Shown in pieces: positions 14,544 to 28,145 of a DNA stretch of 64,000 nucleotides (positions are counted from its first letter, which is position 1; each line of letters begins with the position of its first letter). Position numbers and translations under genes: made by a program. Source of the stretch: Phoronis australis (Eukaryota; Animalia; Phoronida). The notes below the pieces were generated by a model. It was not told the DNA's origin and did no database searches. It saw nothing but the letters and a program-made list of their open reading frames with translations. The stretch covers positions 513,215 through 577,214 of the forward strand of contig NMRA01000261.1 of the NCBI GenBank assembly GCA_002633005.1, in the 5' to 3' direction.

Positions 14544-15828
14544 CAAGATGTTCCATCGAAATTGAAACCCGGGTATAAAACAGATATCCCGGAGTCGAAA
14601 ACAGACTCCCGCACCTTCAAAACAGCTAACCAGCCCGAAAAACACCAACCCCGACCTTTAAAACAGGAACCCGGGGATCGGACAGGACACCCTGGGACCA
14701 AAACACCACCCCCGCACTTTCTGTCATTGTTTATTTCAAGAAAATAGTATGGTAGTACCTTTAAAATGTTTGTATTCATACGACATGTATCAATTTCACA
14801 TTTGAAATCTTCCTACTTTAAAGAATTGTTGTGATATGTTGCTTTACTAGGCTGTATGAGAATTTTAGACAACTTACAAGCATGACTGACTGGCGTTCTA
14901 CCGTTATTCTGCTGCTTGTCGGCTTTCGGCGCCATGAAATACATGTATTGCGTCACCTATTGGCCAATTTCTTGTTTCCCCAATTCTTCATTAAATTGTT
15001 CTTCTTCCACGAGTTTGCGTACATGTCACAACAAATTATCGAAACTAGTTTCGTTTCGTTGCTCGTTTTTGGTATTTCAATACCAGCAAACCGAATTTTG
15101 CAGCAGTGATCCGCCAAAAACAGTGTAAATGCTTCGAGTTCAGAAATTCCGATTCCAAATTCCTATTTAATGATCGATGAGGATTTGAAGTACAATTTTT
15201 GAGTGCAAGAACTGTGTTGGTAGCGATGCAGGTCTTCTGAGAAAATAATTCTCGCGGTCTGTTTCAAAATCCGGAAATTGATTGTGCAGGAAATAAATGT
15301 ACTCTCGACATGTAAATCTGCGAACCCTAAAATGCTGCCATTTGTAAAGATATTTAAAGGATTCAATCAGCAATGGCTCTCGAAAGTCGAAATGATGTTT
15401 TAGTTTCGTTTTTGAAAATATTTTTGGAGAATCTATTTAATAATCTTAAATTAACTAAATATTCACCGAAATAACATCATGTTGAGAGTATAGATTATGA
15501 TGAAATTCGACAAGTTGCACGAGTTTTACAGATAAAAAGTCAATATAACATAAGTTACGTTTTAATATTGACAATTTTGAACAAGCGAAATGCAGAAAAC
15601 AACTGGAAAGTATTTGCAGGTGCTTTAACTCAAAGTTTGACGCTACTCACCTCGTCTCAGAAAATTTGAAAAATTGTCCTGGTTACCTTCCGATCCCCGT
15701 GGTTCCTGTTTTAAACGTCGGGGTTCCTGTTTTTCGGGCTGGTTAGGTGTTTTGAGGTTGAGGGGGGTTGTTTTGGACTCCGAGATATCTGCTTTACACC
15801 GGGATTCCAATTTCGATGGAACACCCTG
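14544..15828. mobile_element. Non-autonomous DNA transposon with ~150-bp imperfect TIRs (CAGGGTG-type ends)
   Basis: Left CAAGATGTTCCATCGAAATTGAAACCCGGG...AAAACAGGAACCCGGGGATCGG matches the reverse complement of right CCGATCCCCGTGGTTCCTGTTTTAAA...CAATTTCGATGGAACACCCTG. Confidence 0.8.
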
Positions 15829-16881
15829 TCATTGCGAGGACTTAAGCACGAGCACGCTGACTCTCAGCTTAGGGAAAAATTGACCTATCGCAAGCTCCGC
15901 ACCCTTGCGTAAAGTCGACTAACAAACGTGTTATTTGCCGGGTAAAAGGGCGTCTTGGAAACGAAGGTGTGTCAATAATGCTGCGTTTTAGATGGTCAGT
16001 TAAGCCGTCACTCAAAATCCTGGAGATAGGTCAATTGCTGGCCTATCGTCGCGTTGATACCTAAATGATATTTGTCGACTGCTTTGCATTAAAGGACCGC
16101 TGTATGACTGCAAAACGTGACATATTTCCCAAAATATGATCGATTGTTCCTTTGACCATTTTACAACATCTGCTATAAATTTTATTAAAATCTCCCTGCA
16201 ACGTTTCAAGTTAAAAGCAGTTAGATGACTGACCGAATGAGCGAAATACTATACAAAAAGCCAAAACAAAGCTCACTTTTTTGAACACCAAGTCCACGAT
16301 TTCCAGTTACGCATGCGCAGCGCGAGCACTGTAATAATGGGGCACTAGGTAGAGTTGTTGAAGCCCGGTAAGACTTCAGTAGATTGGGATAACATGGGCT
16401 GGGGATCTACTTGAGCTTCAACAAAGTAAACGAGTAGATTTTACATTGCTCTCTGTGGAGACCCGACAATAAATACACATTTCTATGAAATAGTAAAACT
16501 AGTAAAACTAAAATGACGAGCGTTGGTACTAAAATATAGCCTATTAAAATATCCCCACGTATCGAGCGATGCGCTCTTTCTCAAGGGTGTGCTACAGACT
16601 GTCGGTAACTGCACGGCATTGCAACATCTATTTCATTTCTATGAAAGTAGCGAACACAACTCTTGACAATATGTCAAAAATTCGTGAACATTGTGGAATC
16701 ATTTGAACACGGAAACTTACATATCATTCACGAATACTGTCTTTATCCCGAGATCTGGGATTCGTTGGTCAATAATTTGGGATTGTAATGGTATCTAGGC
16801 AACAATTTAAAGACATGCTTTTTGTATCGAGGGCTAACAGTATTAATATTGACCCTGAGGTGGACTTCGTGAAAACGTCCC

Positions 16882-16998
16882 GCGTGGGCAGCGCAGCACT
16901 GAAAAAAGTGTGGGGGGCTGTAGCTCCCCAGTCCCCTGTCACGATGTGCGCCGCCCATGGGGGCGCAGCACTGAAAAAAAGGGGTGCGCCGCTCATGT
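16882..16998. mobile_element. Small GC-rich MITE, CATGGGCGGCGCA family (copy 1)
   Basis: GGGCAGCGCAGCACTGAAAAAA..GGGGGGCTGTAGC and TGCGCCGCCCATG motifs are shared with copies at 19788 and 24882. Confidence 0.65.
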
Positions 16999-17448
16999 CC
17001 CGGTAGTTGGCCATGGAAATTACCGGATTAAAACTAACATCTTCGATATTTTTCAAATGCGCATAGATGGTTCCAAAGAAGGAGAATGAGTCTGTGAATA
17101 TTCTGAATATGTGGGACTGGATAGATGCAGCCTTTAGTAACAATTTGATTGTTACTCATCGAAAGATATTGGCTTTAACAGGGATTTCTCTTGTCCAGTT
17201 TCATGGAAACGCACGCGAACTGGTTTGTTTACTCTAGTAACATACTGTTCAAGATGGTGAATGAAATCATGAACTCGTGTATCGATTACTTAACTGGTGT
17301 AATGAAACAAAAACGGAAAACTCTTTGAACAAGTTGGTTTTCAGGTCTCAAAATGTGATAATGACTTTCTTGAGTCCGTAGAGTCATTATCACATTTTGA
17401 GGTCTGAAGATCAACACATTTACCTTGGTGAACGTGAACAATTGTATA

Positions 17449-17596
17449 CAGTGTTGGATTAAAGGGGGTGGGGCAAGTGGGTCAAGGCCCCCCTAAAATT
17501 GTCCAATACGTTGGTGCGAATGTCTGACGGGCAAATTCCTGGATAATACTCTGCCCTCAGTGTCCCCCCTAACTCAAAATCCTGGATTCGCCCTGG
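17449..17596. mobile_element. Small hAT-like MITE
   Basis: CAGTGTTGGATT..GGGGG / CCCCC..CCTGGATTCGCCCTG imperfect terminal inverted repeats. Confidence 0.45.
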
Positions 17597-17960
17597 TATA
17601 GTACACAGCTCAAAAAGGCAGTATGAGATTATGAAACTTTTCGAACAGAAATTTCACTACGAAAATGTAAAACTTTGAGGCGAAGTATTGTCAGGAGTAA
17701 GTTTATAGAATACAAACCAACCATAGGGGGCGTTGTTTCCTTGCGGCTCAGTTTACCCAAACAAAGTGTTTGGGGATCACCTATGTCAATTTAGAAATCT
17801 TTGTAAAGAGCTTCAAATCTACTCCGGTCTGTTCAGGCTTGACATAGATGACAGAACACTGTTGCTTCAAATATATATGTTCCAAAACATGTCATAGTTC
17901 TTAAGTCGGCGCCATATAAGACCTAAACCTTGTGTTCGATATTGCAATGTCAATTACAAA

Positions 17961-19223
17961 CTATGGTGACTGTTTTTCCAGATTCAACTCCATAAGCTCT
18001 GCAGTACTGACAAGGGTGCTGCGCCTCCTGTTGCGAAGATCATTGAACGTTTTGCCAATAGCCGACTGTGTGGAGAAGATGAAATGTCTCATTGATAACG
18101 CAGCGCCCTCTGCCCACGTGTCCCAAGCTTCCACTGTGATATCCTCACCTCGCAAGTATCGCCGTCTTTGAACACAACAGGTTGCTTTGAAAGCTTGCCG
18201 GAAACTTTTGCTGAATAAGCAGTAACACAAGGGGTTGGTTGTCGAATTCGCGAGCCCAAACCATTGTAGTATAGGGAACAAGTATTTGGCTACAAATACC
18301 ATGTCTTCTAGTTCATTGTCACCATATTTAGTGTTAAAGGTAAACTCCATCCACAAATTGATCACGTGGTACGGTAGCCACGACACACCAAATAGCATAA
18401 CCAGAAATCCAAGCATTTTTACGACCTTTTGTCGTTTAAATTTCACATCGTGTTTTGTTGTTTGCCCAGCAGAAATGGAGTGCCGGCGAATGTTATTGTT
18501 CTTCGACCAGAGAATTTTGCCGATCTTCAAATATGTCACGAACATAAATGCTAACGGCAATATGTACAGGATAATGAACAGCGTGAGGCTGTACACCCGT
18601 TGCGACGTCACATCCGGCCACTTCTCTTGACACGTCGTAATTTCAAAAACACCTTTAACTGTAGTCGAGTGCGTTTGATTCACACTTAAAAAGGGAACAA
18701 AAAGCAAGAACGAAAGAACCCAAATTGCAGCAAGGATAAACACTACTTTTCTATGCGAAAATATGATTCTTGCTTTCATGGGTTTGTGAACTGCTAAATA
18801 GCGATCAACGCTGACAGCTAGCAGAGTAAGAACGCTGACTGAGACGGAAGCCCCCTGGACAAAAGGGGTCACTCGGCACATGACTTCACCATATACCCAG
18901 TTCTGGTAGACATAGCGTGCCAGTGTGAAGGGCATACACACAACTATGACCATCAAATCAGCCACGGCCAGGTTAACAAACATCGTATTCGTCAATGTTC
19001 GCATACTCTGGTGCCTTGCCACTGCCGTTATCACAAGAACATTTCCAACGAGACCAACTAAGAAAGACAAAGTGTACAGGGCTATGAGTACAATAGTGAA
19101 CGGGCTACGGTGTTTCAGCAGATTATCTTTGATGACACTTATTACAGTGTCGTCACTTAACACTGCTCCAGTTGCACTGCCAACGGATTGGTTGCCATCG
19201 ATACTGACTTCCATTTGCTCCAT
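17961..19223 (-). CDS. Rhodopsin-class (family A) neuropeptide GPCR, orexin/allatotropin/QRFP-NPFF receptor-like; single coding exon, 420 aa
   Basis: Seven hydrophobic segments with GN (TM1), TNxxxVNLAVAD (TM2), ECL1 WVYGEVMC, DRY, TM4 W, ECL2 CQEKWP, TM5 YILP, TM6 FGVSWLPY and TM7 NSTTNPLCY. A TTTTCCAG acceptor lies 6 nt upstream of the ATG, implying a 5'UTR intron. Confidence 0.95.
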   Translation of the reverse strand: MEQMEVSIDGNQSVGSATGAVLSDDTVISVIKDNLLKHRSPFTIVLIALYTLSFLVGLVGNVLVITAVARHQSMRTLTNTMFVNLAVADLMVIVVCMPFTLARYVYQNWVYGEVMCRVTPFVQGASVSVSVLTLLAVSVDRYLAVHKPMKARIIFSHRKVVFILAAIWVLSFLLFVPFLSVNQTHSTTVKGVFEITTCQEKWPDVTSQRVYSLTLFIILYILPLAFMFVTYLKIGKILWSKNNNIRRHSISAGQTTKHDVKFKRQKVVKMLGFLVMLFGVSWLPYHVINLWMEFTFNTKYGDNELEDMVFVAKYLFPILQWFGLANSTTNPLCYCLFSKSFRQAFKATCCVQRRRYLRGEDITVEAWDTWAEGAALSMRHFIFSTQSAIGKTFNDLRNRRRSTLVSTAELMELNLEKQSP

Positions 19224-19787
19224 TGTGGTCTGGAAAACACAGGCATCAGTCCAGAATTATAACACCAAGACATTCGTCTTGCTGTATCAAACACCGTCAA
19301 GAAGTTAGTTAACTTAGAAGGAATTTTATGTGTTTTGATTTTCTTTCGCTCGGCTGGTCAAAAGTTCAAGTGAGATAAAGATAATTTCCTGAAATTTTCA
19401 AATGGGAAAAAGTATCTCTCGAGACAACGATTGGTGTGTGTTTGTGAAAAGCAATGTCATTTTTTTGGAAAATAACCATTCATTACTATTAAGGAGAAAC
19501 AGACGTTTCAGAATGTGTCGATGTAAAATTTGTTCAAGTGTGATCAAACCTTAAATGACATTTGGGCTCTTAGAGCGTTTTGTACAAATCCAATACTTGT
19601 ACAGGCTATGATTTTAAAATAATAAAATTTTCACGCTTTACTACATAAATTAAGGAAAACATTTATAATATCTGGAGTCATTGAAGATGGGAATTCCTCA
19701 TGATTCCAGGATTGTGGTTCGAAATTTCAATCCAGTAATTTTACGAAATTGGTTCAAGCTTGCACAGACAAAACTAACACACGTATA

Positions 19788-19932
19788 CATGGGCGGCGCA
19801 CCATACGGGGCTGGGGGGCTATAGCCCCACTTTTTTCAGTGCTAGGCCGCACATGGTCTATAGGCAGTGCACCACAGGGGGGCTGAGGGGGCTTTAGCCC
19901 CCCATTTTTTTTCAGTGCTGCGCCACCCATTG
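19788..19932. mobile_element. Small GC-rich MITE, CATGGGCGGCGCA family (copy 2)
   Basis: TIRs CATGGGCGGCGCA / TGCGCCACCCATTG, with an internal duplicated GGGGGCTATAGCCCC..TTTTTCAGTGCT. Confidence 0.7.
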
Positions 19933-21032
19933 TATAAAGTCTCAAAAGCTTTTGAATAAGAAATCGAGCTACTTAGCTTTCATCTTATGTTTTTGATTCT
20001 ACGCGTAGCGACATTTTTGTGATTTTTGCATGGGTTCCTGCTCAACCCAACGATCAAAATTACGATGCATTAGTTGTCATTTGAGATAGATATATAAAAG
20101 GAGGTGCAAGCAGAAAGCACTTACCTCAAGGAACTTTCCGCGACGTTTTTGGCTTTCTATAAAATGCGCATGATTCGAGGAAACGATGTCATACTTTAAG
20201 TTCTGCAAACATGTATAAACGCGTGTTACTCGAGAAAATCGGAAGCATTTTCTCACGGGCGCGACTGGTGTTTTGCAACACAATGTCTTATCGTTAAATA
20301 TTTCTTCGTTCATTACTGAACTCCCTGATTACTTATTGATTGGGAGGTCTTACAGCGTCGCTGAGTAAATTACTGTTTCTGAAATTGTGATTATGTCATC
20401 AGGTTTAAAACGGCCACAAAGTCATTTACTGGGACAGTTTAAGAGGATTAATTTTTTGACCAACTCAAAATGAGAACCAGAATTGGAAAGGACGGGGGTG
20501 AGGGTGTGACTTGCCTTTGATGAATACTACAATGTTGTCACTTGGGCGACAATTTGTCTCGGAATTCACAGCTTACATTGTTACCCCCAATAAATATTGT
20601 CGCTTCAGGGAGGCGACAAGATGTATCGAGTGGGACAATATGTGTCGAGTACGACAATATGTATCGAGCGCGATAATATATGTCACAACGGACCTCAGTT
20701 CACTGCAGACTATCAATATGGGAAATGACTAACCTGTATTTTGAAAAAGGCAAATCGACCTTTTATCTGAACATGGATCAGTCGGCGCCAATTTTCTGAA
20801 GATTAACGGTTGTTACATTTGGTTGCTAGAAGCATGGTTTGTACTAGGTTTGCGTGAATGTCCGGACGTAATTATGCCAATCGAGATGAGGCAACGCGAT
20901 ACAGCACGAAAAACTGACAGAACTAAACAAACATGTGATTTTACTATGACCCAACCAATAAAGAATTAAAGAAGTTGCTCCTTTACAGTTTGAAACATGA
21001 AGCTCGACTATAATTGCTGTTACTTAGTAGAC

Positions 21033-21035
<3 letters not shown>

Positions 21036-21095
<60 letters not shown>

Positions 21096-21120
21096 CTGCG
21101 AGTGTGTGCCTGCGTGTGTG
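21036..21120. repeat. (TG)n microsatellite
   Basis: About 29 perfect TG units followed by a degenerate extension. Confidence 0.97.
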
Positions 21121-21599
21121 CCTTAACTCAAGCCTCTCCTTGCCTTTTTGGGGAGATCAATTCTTAACTTCAACACAGGAAAGCTGGCTGCCGAAGCTAT
21201 GGTTGGTGTTGATAATCGCCAGTCCATTGGACGGCGCTCTTGTGCCATGGGAAACCTCAGGTACGTTTTTGTCAGTTTCAACTTAGAAAAAATCCACGAG
21301 TACACACTATCATAGAGACGCACATAAATTTGTGTAAGCTTACAACTCACTAACGTCATGTTTACGAATGAGTGTGACTTACTCCGTAGCTGGCATGTGT
21401 TTCTTGGATAGGTGTGGAACGTTCCCAATCTATCTAGTTGGCCAGTCGGGTCAAAGTTATCGCTATCTGTGAAAGTTTACGTCTTCGAGCCACTTGCATT
21501 TGTAGCTGGGAGAGGCAGTATCTAGAAAGTGAGGGTAAAGAATACTCAAAACTTCTCTTTGACCTCAACGGACTACATGAACTGTTCCTTTAAAGACAG

Positions 21600-23470
21600 G
21601 CTGTCACAGTCCCACCACAAAACATTAAAGGAGGTTTTTTTCTAACTCCTCATGGCTTCAATCTATGATTCGCCAGCTACAATTACACGAAGGGCAGTTT
21701 GATAAGAGCTTGTAAAGTACATGTATTAAGTATATTATGCCATAGCAATCAAAATGTGAAAGAACGGGAGACTTAAAAATCTCTAGGTGTACAGTTAAGT
21801 TGGCGTGTGACAAGATTCGATGATTTTATTAGTTTTCGATTTTCTAGTAGGGTGTTGGATGAAGGAAACTTAATCACCTAACAAGATTGCAAAGTGCCTA
21901 GGAGAATCTTTGAGTAGAATTGCTTCATCGTTAAGTTTTATGTAGTAATGTTGGTCATCATTTAAGTAAGGCAGAGTGGACATATTTTGAGAAGGTGATT
22001 TCGACACTTTTTATGGTTTAAAGCCCAGGTCTAGTGCCGTGTCGTCGGCGGACAGGTATGTACTATGCGTTCTCAGTGAGAGATCGTTAATGTAAATTGA
22101 AATCAGAAGACCGTGGACAAAACTCTGGGAGAAACTAGCCTTGGCGAAGCCAGACAGGGAAAATGTCGAAAGGAATCCATCGGTCTGCATGCTGTATGTT
22201 TTAGTGATCTGTATGAGGACAGGAAGTTTAAATTTCCCGTAGTTTGAAGAGAAGGGGTCGTGTGGTACACAGTCAAAGGCTGATGCTATATCTAAGAAGA
22301 TGAACCCAACACTATCATCTCTGGATCAAACGTAACTGCTTTTTGTGTTATTTTGGTAAGTTGCGATCCAACACGTCAGGTAAAAGTCAAAATGGCGATG
22401 GTGTTAAACTTATTCGACTACCGAAGATGTGTGAGGATGTTCTGGGTAAGGAATTTCTCGAAAAGTTTTGTTAGAGAGTATGGGAGTGTAATAGGATGGT
22501 GCTTAATAAAATGAATTTTGAAGTATCCTCAGTGTTTCACCACAGTTATATGCTTCCAGAGAGAAGTCGAGTATGTCCCAAACTGAAGGGCTCTGTTAGG
22601 TGAGAGAAATGGTAAGTTTTGGGGAGCTCATTTGGATCGTTATCTACGTTTTGCCGTCGTTATTGTTGAGGTCTATCTCTCTTATATAATTGCCGACGTT
22701 AAATGGGTTAGGCAGTTTTAGGTGTTGTAGAATTTGTGCCCGTAAACGTTTCTGGGAGATTGTCTTCATTTGTAAGTACGATGTGATTATTGTTTGTGAA
22801 GAAAAGAAGTCACTCTAATCATTGGTAAAAATTGCCCTTTTCTATTTAAGTAGCCCGCGTAGTGTGGGTTATGAATAGATATACCCTCTGAATGTTCGTG
22901 GCCTATAAATTCGATTTCTTTTCTTTATTTCCTTTTTGGTGTAGCTGTTTAACCTAGGCCAGGTATTGTCTTTTATCATTTTTTGGCTACACGGAATACT
23001 GTTTTTTTAATGTCGTATTGGGTGTTTGAAAACATGAAATGAGTTTATCCGCGCCATCCGTTTAAAACTGAATTCCATCAAAAGGAATTAATGTCATCAT
23101 GTCGTAGTTTCTCAGTGTTGACTTGATTAATATCTCCACACCTTTCTAGTGATATTAGTTGTGGTTGTTGACTTGATTATGTCTTCGTGTGATTCTTGTC
23201 ATATCAGTAGGTTCCTTTGTCGGCTTGATGAGTGCCAGTATGATTTCGAAATTGTGATGATCTGAGTGGTCTATTGAAGATCTGACAGAAGCTGATTCGA
23301 TAATACATAGGTTGTTTGTTATGCAAAGATCTATACACGTTTGCGGCATATGTGTAATTTGTGTTGGCTCATGCATTAGCTGTACACAATCAGTGTTGAG
23401 TAAAGGGTCAACAATTCAAGCCCGCTATTTATCATATGAGTATCGTTAAACCCCAGTCGATCATGGCATC
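21600..23470 (-). mobile_element. Degenerate non-LTR retrotransposon (CR1/L2/Jockey-group LINE) ORF2 relic
   Basis: Minus-strand motifs occur in the expected order: APE C-terminus TCIDLCITNN and SDH (~23340-23255), RT VGFIFLDIASAFDCVPH (~22310-22260), LLISIYINDL (~22109-22082), SADDTAL (~22032-22012). Many stops and frameshifts; boundaries approximate. Confidence 0.8.
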
Positions 23471-23917
23471 ACGAACGTTAAAAAGCTACTTTTATGATTC
23501 TGGGTGCCAAACTCAAATAACTTGTCGTATGTTTTGAAATACAATTTTCTTTCAGATTATGACTGAGAAAGTAAAATGTTAGGAAATCATAATGTATATT
23601 TGTAATCGATGTATACTGCAATCTAACAGTTACGTAACTTGGGGATTATTTCGCCAGTGCATACAATGTAGTGAAGGGGGTCATCATATCCAGCACTGAG
23701 GCCTACTGGTCCAAATACCGGCGAGTGTTATTATAGTGCCGCGAATAAGCAAACATTTAGTTGCTCATCTCGTGCTGCTGTGTAAGTTTCACAACGTTGC
23801 ATGTTGGACAGAATGTTATGCTGGGGACATTGTTGTCCCACAAACGCACTGTCTGCAGTGTGTCATTATCGTATCGCGTGTCAAACGTCGAGATTGCTTG
23901 CATTTTGCACTCACACG

Positions 23918-24052
23918 GGCTCGCACGATACACAGTAGGCACGCACGATACACAGTACGCTCGCACGATACACAGTAGGCTCGCACGATACACAGTAGGC
24001 ACGCACGATACACAGTAGGCACGCACGATACACAGTAGGCACGCACGATACA
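23918..24052. repeat. 20-bp minisatellite (GCACGCACGATACACAGTAG), ~6.5 copies
   Basis: Directly visible. It produces the repetitive spurious ORFs at 23736-24132. Confidence 0.95.
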
Positions 24053-24881
24053 TTTAACTGCATAAATGAATAAAATTCAACTCCTGAAAATGTGCGTTTC
24101 GACCAGATATTTCTTGCAAGCTTGCAAATCATTCTTATAAGTCAAACAAAAACACTACTTTACCAACCAGGTCCTTAATTCGCAACCCCGTCTCTCCCAT
24201 TTCTTGTCCACCCCTCTAATTTTGGTCCCTTTATCCCATCCAAAAACCTTTGTTCTCATTGCTTGAACAACCATAATTCCTATATCACTGGATTTCCTAA
24301 CATTTCAATCACTTTCCAAAAAGACTGAAAATTATTCTTCGGTTAGAAAGACTGCGAAATAAACACTTATCGTGATGTTAATTAAATGTTAGTTACATGT
24401 TAATTACACTCTTATATATTTATCTTCATGCTAATTACATGCTTATATATATTTGTATATGCAAGGCTAAATAATTATAATTTTTTCGCGACTGTCCTAT
24501 TTTCCCCGGAAACAAAGATTTCATTATATTCATTCCAGCTTTCTTGATAACACGTCACAGTAACGGCCGGTTTGGGACCAAACACATTCACCCAAGCCTT
24601 ATCCAATATCAAACGGTAGCAATTTGTTATTAAATTTGATAGGCGAGAAAAATAGAGTGACAGATGACAAATGATTATGAAAAATGAAACACATTAGGTA
24701 GTGAGGCTGCTTTCAATTTCTTACAATTGTTGGTTTGATTGTGGCAATTTTATTGGTCGTATCAAAAGCAAAATTTTGTCACAGTGAAATTTTCATGAAA
24801 CAGTGTGCCTTCAACGGACCACAAGCTTAAAGTGTAACGTCCTTACAAATACAAACCATGTACATACTACTGTAGGTGCAT

Positions 24882-25017
24882 GCATGAGCAGCGCACCATA
24901 GGGGGATGGGGGGCTATAGCCCCCTTTTTTCAGTGCTGCGCTACCCATGAAGTTACGACAATCTATTCTTTGACNGGGGCTACGGACCCCCATTTTTTCA
25001 GTGTTGCGCCGCCCATG
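24882..25017. mobile_element. Small GC-rich MITE, CATGGGCGGCGCA family (copy 3, spans a single-N join)
   Basis: CATGAGCAGCGCACCATAGGGGG...TTTTTCAGTGTTGCGCCGCCCATG. Confidence 0.65.
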
Positions 25018-28000
25018 GCATGGAAACTCTGGCTCTGTTGAAGATGTAAGATTATGAAGATGATTTGTATTTTATAGTTGACTGTCTACTTACTCCCCGA
25101 ATACTAAACGTTTCACACAAAAACAGACTAGAAGCATTGAAATTATTATTCCTGCATTTTCCTGGACAACAAGTTTGTTAAGTCGGCGTACGAGCGTGCG
25201 ATTTTTATATTTAAATTTCATTTGATGAAGCTGCATTTTCTCAGTAGCCTACTTTGCTGCCATCACCCACACAAACAAACTTTACGGTATATTAACTGCG
25301 ACTTCGAAAGCGGCGCATGTAAGCATGCGCATTGGCTGTTACTTGAGCTCGCTGGTTGCCTGCGAGCCGCTAGGTGGCCAGTACCAAGTACGCAAGTATC
25401 ACTTAATTTTCCTCGGGAAATTTTTTTACACCGGCGTTTCTGATTGGCTAGTCGAATTCTCAACACTGAGGCAGCGCTTTACGCAAACAAACTGGCATGA
25501 CTGATGGACTATGTGGTCTGTTGTACATACAATTCGGTGCTTAAAATTTATGTTCGGGAAATGTGAATCCTAGAAATTATGATTGCGCCTTTTCGGATTG
25601 CATCTTTCTACTATTGATGACTTTGTTTACGATACTGTCCTGTATTCATACAGTATGAATAACACACCGGTTAAATCGGCCAGATATGTGTTTATTGTAC
25701 ATGTATGTGCTTCAAGCACGCGGCTATTAAACAACACTGCAAAAACGAAATATTTGCTGCGACGCCACTTGCATGACAAGGCTAAAAATCGTTCACAGTC
25801 CGCCATTTTTTCGCGTTGTTGTAAAGCTAACCAATGATTGCTGAGGTTACATCAACCAATGCTAAAGTGCGTGTCACTGCGTGATACCTGCGTGCTGGCT
25901 AGGCACGCTAGGGAACCAGCGAGTGACTTGAGTTGCTAGTTCATTGGGCAAAAAAACCAAACGAGCGCGGTGATATTTTAAAACCCTAAAGCGCGTCGGT
26001 TAAGAATTCAACCCTGGCAACTGAACAGCGGCGAAATCACCCTTTATATTGTTATTATGATTATATTCTTATTATGTTTCATCCTGAAATAACCGTAAAT
26101 AAGCTCAATTAGGATGGGGTGCATATTGTTATTGCAAGGGCATATTTTGCCGATGTTAATGAACAATTTACTTGTCACTCTAAGAAATAAACACGACTAC
26201 TGACACTAAACTAGAACCACGTTTTTTATTGTTTATTTTGATTTGAATAAGTAATTATATCATGCATGCTGGGTACTAAAGGTGTATACAAATTTGTGTC
26301 ATACATGTACGCATGCTAGCAGTGGCTATCGCCCAGGGACCGAATTATTCCGTGATTTGATGTGACAGTATTGTAATTATCGGATAATTCGTCTGATTAT
26401 TGCTCGGGTTAATTCCTTCTGCTATGCACTCAATGCTGACTTGCCTCCTAATCCGAGAGGATAAGTACCTACTGTGTATTATCCCCTTTATGAAAAGACC
26501 GAATTATCGTAGGGTACCTAGAACAACGGCAATACCATCACTGTTCTTGACTGCACTTCTAGGGCCTGTTTTGTGAAGGTCAGAACGGTCCCTTAGACTG
26601 TCGAAATTATACGTGTCTGAGAACGTGATGCTGGCTCTTGAAAAAACGAAACGGTGCTGACTAAAACAATTCTCTCAAACTCCACGCAGACTATATTACA
26701 CAAATCGGCATTAAATGGGTGCATTCTGTCAAAATCAAGTTTTAGAGTTATCAAACTGATCTTATCTTGTTCCTAACTAAATTTAGAAGAGATATTTGTG
26801 CTCGGGAAAAACTGATAGTTCGTTAGGGGCCTACTTTTTCAGACCAGGCTCAAAGATTTCAGGTCTAAATCACAAAAGTTGGATTCTTCGAGGGAACGCG
26901 GTTTTATCTTCATGAATCAACGAACTGTGTGCCAGTATTAAAGGCGTGCTTACGACGGTCTTAGCTAGGACAGGACGCACGACCTTTGAAAAAATGAAGC
27001 GCTAAACTGCACAATCTATCTTGCCTGGAAGAAAAGAAATACGAACAAAAACGATGTGTTCTTGCCTTAATTTTTGGCCACTGGCCATTCACTACTTGCA
27101 CGAATTCGCCATTATGCTTGAGAACGAGGTGTTGTGTCCAATGTACAACGGTTCTGCATGTTAGCAACACGCCGTGCTTTCACGTTGGCGTTTTAAAAAT
27201 TGATGCTAAAACGAGGCATTGTGTGCTAAACAACAATTTTTGTAGCGCCACCAAAGTGTGCACGTAGTAAATTGACGTCAACAGTAATCACTTTTATTAC
27301 TATCGTAAATCGTGATTTATGTTTGTCCGACATTCTCAAACAATACGAGTCCTTAAAACTGTTAACAAACAGGCTTTCAATTTATCGAAGTCCCACATTT
27401 CATGTTTTTATTTTCCTCAATGTTTAATTGCCGAAAACGAAAAATGAATTAAGAAACTCTACTGTCATGAAATCGGATTCCAATCCAACAAGAACATTGG
27501 AACCATAACTAAAGAAAGGGCGATCTGATTTCATTCGGGTTGTCCACGCCCTAAAATTGCAAATTCGGAAATGGCCCGTGCACGCATTGTTTGATATGAG
27601 TTGCGGCGATCGATAATTCAAGCACGGAAGAGAGCGATATTTTTTAAAACTTCTTAAAGCGATTCGATTCAGAATCCAAGTAAAACGTAGTGACGAAGTA
27701 CCCCTTGAAGTGTTACAAGCATTTAAGTGTCTCTTTTGTGTCTAGAGAGACCCATTCCATTATCTTCCTCTCGTAGTCCATCAACTGCACACCCAGGGCA
27801 AATGAAGATAGACTAGTAAGATGCACAGGAGGCAAATGAGGAATTTGTACCGATCTCGGACGGGGTGATCGCATACGGAATAGAATGCGTTTGGGCCCCA
27901 CCCCCCTACATATTATGTAATGAGAGCAGGGAGCCACAACCACACCGTCCCTACTGCGCATGCGTTCAGTTATACTACCGCCAGTGTGACACCGGTAAGG

Positions 28001-28145
28001 CAACGCTAAGTTAAATTTTTTCGGGGCCCTAATTAAAGGTATAAAAAGTCTGGGGTCGGCCCTAATAATGTGAGCAGCCGGCCCGGTCTCTACAATTTTT
28101 CCATCCATTCTGTTCCCCTAAGTAAAAAAATTTCACCGAGCTATC

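Noticed and set aside
7165-19223. LRR ectodomain + GPCR as one LGR-type receptor gene
   Set aside because: The order is wrong: on the minus strand the GPCR is upstream. It has its own stop, and the LRR gene has its own signal peptide and TM segment.
23918-24052. CRISPR-like array (also considered for 38108-38337 and 58706-58910)
   Set aside because: Head-to-tail repeats without unique spacers, no cas genes, and a eukaryotic context.
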